From: an uncultured archaeon
Lineage (GTDB): Archaea; Iainarchaeota; Iainarchaeia; Iainarchaeales; 0-14-0-20-30-16
NCBI GenBank assembly: GCA_964565725.1
Contig: CAZMGA010000024.1
Coordinates: 1 to 8,078 of the forward strand
Reading direction: 5' to 3'
DNA length: 8,078 bases
This document shows, piece after piece, positions 7,333 to 8,078 of this stretch. The notes below the pieces were generated by a model. That model worked only from the letters and a program-made list of their open reading frames with translations, had not been told where the DNA came from and did not search any database. Within the stretch, counting starts at the first letter, position 1. Every line of letters starts with the position of its first letter. Both the position numbers and the translations under genes were made by a program.

Positions 7333-7887
7333 TTAATCAAACTCCTTTGTCAACATAGCAACTTTTTGTGCAATTAAAGTTTCAAAAGATTTTAAATTAT
7401 GAGTTAGGGTATTTGTCAAATAACTTTGTAAATCATAAAGATTAACATTAAATATACTTAATATTTTTTTTTGAGATAAACCCATTTCATATAATCTAGC
7501 TGAAATTTTGACTTTTCCTTTCTTTGATATATTATTTATATAATTGAAAAGTTCTTTATTATCATTTCTAAATAAAATTTTAAATCTAGAAAACATTAAA
7601 GGCAAGTCTGAAATTTGTTTTTTTTCAATAGAATCTAAAAAATAAAGGATTTTTTGTTTTGATTTATCCCAACTTTTATTGTTTACTATATGATCTTGTG
7701 CTAAAATTTTATACAATATATAACATATCAAACTCAAATACAAAACGTTTATTTGATTTTTTGTTACGCTATATTCAACAAGTTCATTACTTTTACGTTT
7801 TAATGAAATTATATATCCTCTTTGAAGTTCTTGTTGAATTGAATCAATTGTTTTCTTATACTCATTAGGGTTATTTAAATCGGCCAT
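7333..7887 (-). CDS. Helical protein with a possible C-terminal HTH, 184 aa; putative partner or antitoxin of the PIN protein
   Basis: Complete ORF; stop TAA is one nucleotide from the PIN ATG (TAATATG). Segment ISARLYEMGLSQKKILSIFNVNLYDLQSYL reads like a helix-turn-helix. AT-rich TATA-like element (7920..7911 region) is about 27 bp upstream of the ATG. Confidence 0.65.
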   Translation of the reverse strand: MADLNNPNEYKKTIDSIQQELQRGYIISLKRKSNELVEYSVTKNQINVLYLSLICYILYKILAQDHIVNNKSWDKSKQKILYFLDSIEKKQISDLPLMFSRFKILFRNDNKELFNYINNISKKGKVKISARLYEMGLSQKKILSIFNVNLYDLQSYLTNTLTHNLKSFETLIAQKVAMLTKEFD

Positions 7888-8006
7888 AACAAAAAAACTA
7901 CAAAGAGTTTTTATATTTATTTATATATTATTTAAAAAAATAGGCTATTACAAAAGTTTTTAAATGTTATGCAACAAATAATATTATATCTTAGAGATGT
8001 GTTTCT

Positions 8007-8078
8007 GCTTCGGTGGTCCAATGGTTATGATCGAACCCTGTCACGGTTCAGATCCGGGTTCAATTCCCGGCCGAGGCG
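8007..8078 (+). tRNA. tRNA-Asp(GTC)
   Basis: GCTTCGG TG GTCC AATGGTTA TGAT C GAACC CTGTCAC GGTTC AGAT CCGGG TTCAATT CCCGG CCGAGGC G; acceptor, anticodon and T arms pair fully, anticodon GTC, discriminator G73 as expected for Asp. D arm is weak. Ends at the window edge, so an encoded CCA cannot be assessed. Confidence 0.93.

Noticed and set aside
7659-7868. 69-aa + strand ORF
   Set aside because: Antisense to the 184-aa HTH-like gene, which has a better start context, promoter spacing and coupling to the PIN gene.
1-8078. CRISPR array, transposon/insertion sequence, integrase near the tRNAs, or a classic defence island
   Set aside because: No spaced direct repeats, terminal inverted repeats, transposase, integrase or tRNA-fragment duplication (att-like site) were seen; content is mostly housekeeping genes.

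Overview
AT-rich archaeal chromosomal window, probably from a small-genome (possibly DPANN-like) archaeon; the lineage is inferred only from gene content, composition and compact organisation. Left to right it holds: the 5' part of an archaeal-type prolyl-tRNA synthetase gene (- strand, runs off the left edge and is missing from the ORF track); a tRNA with a 5'-UAU-3' anticodon (Ile, AUA codon; unusual); an unknown 217-aa helical protein closely followed by a group II chaperonin (thermosome) gene; a 76-aa hypothetical protein; a 229-aa protein with a weak TraB/ChaN-like pattern and a basic tail; a convergent CDC48/VAT-type double AAA+ ATPase; upstream of it and co-directional, a small membrane protein, a PIN-domain protein and a helical/HTH-like protein, forming a tight four-gene unit; and a tRNA-Asp(GUC) at the right edge. 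No CRISPR array, transposon or obvious defence island is visible. The best leads are the tRNA-Ile(UAU), the structured proS leader, the HTH/PIN/membrane/CDC48 unit, a stop-codon-in-the-loop hairpin at the thermosome 3' end, and consistent TATA-to-ATG spacing that suggests leaderless transcripts.
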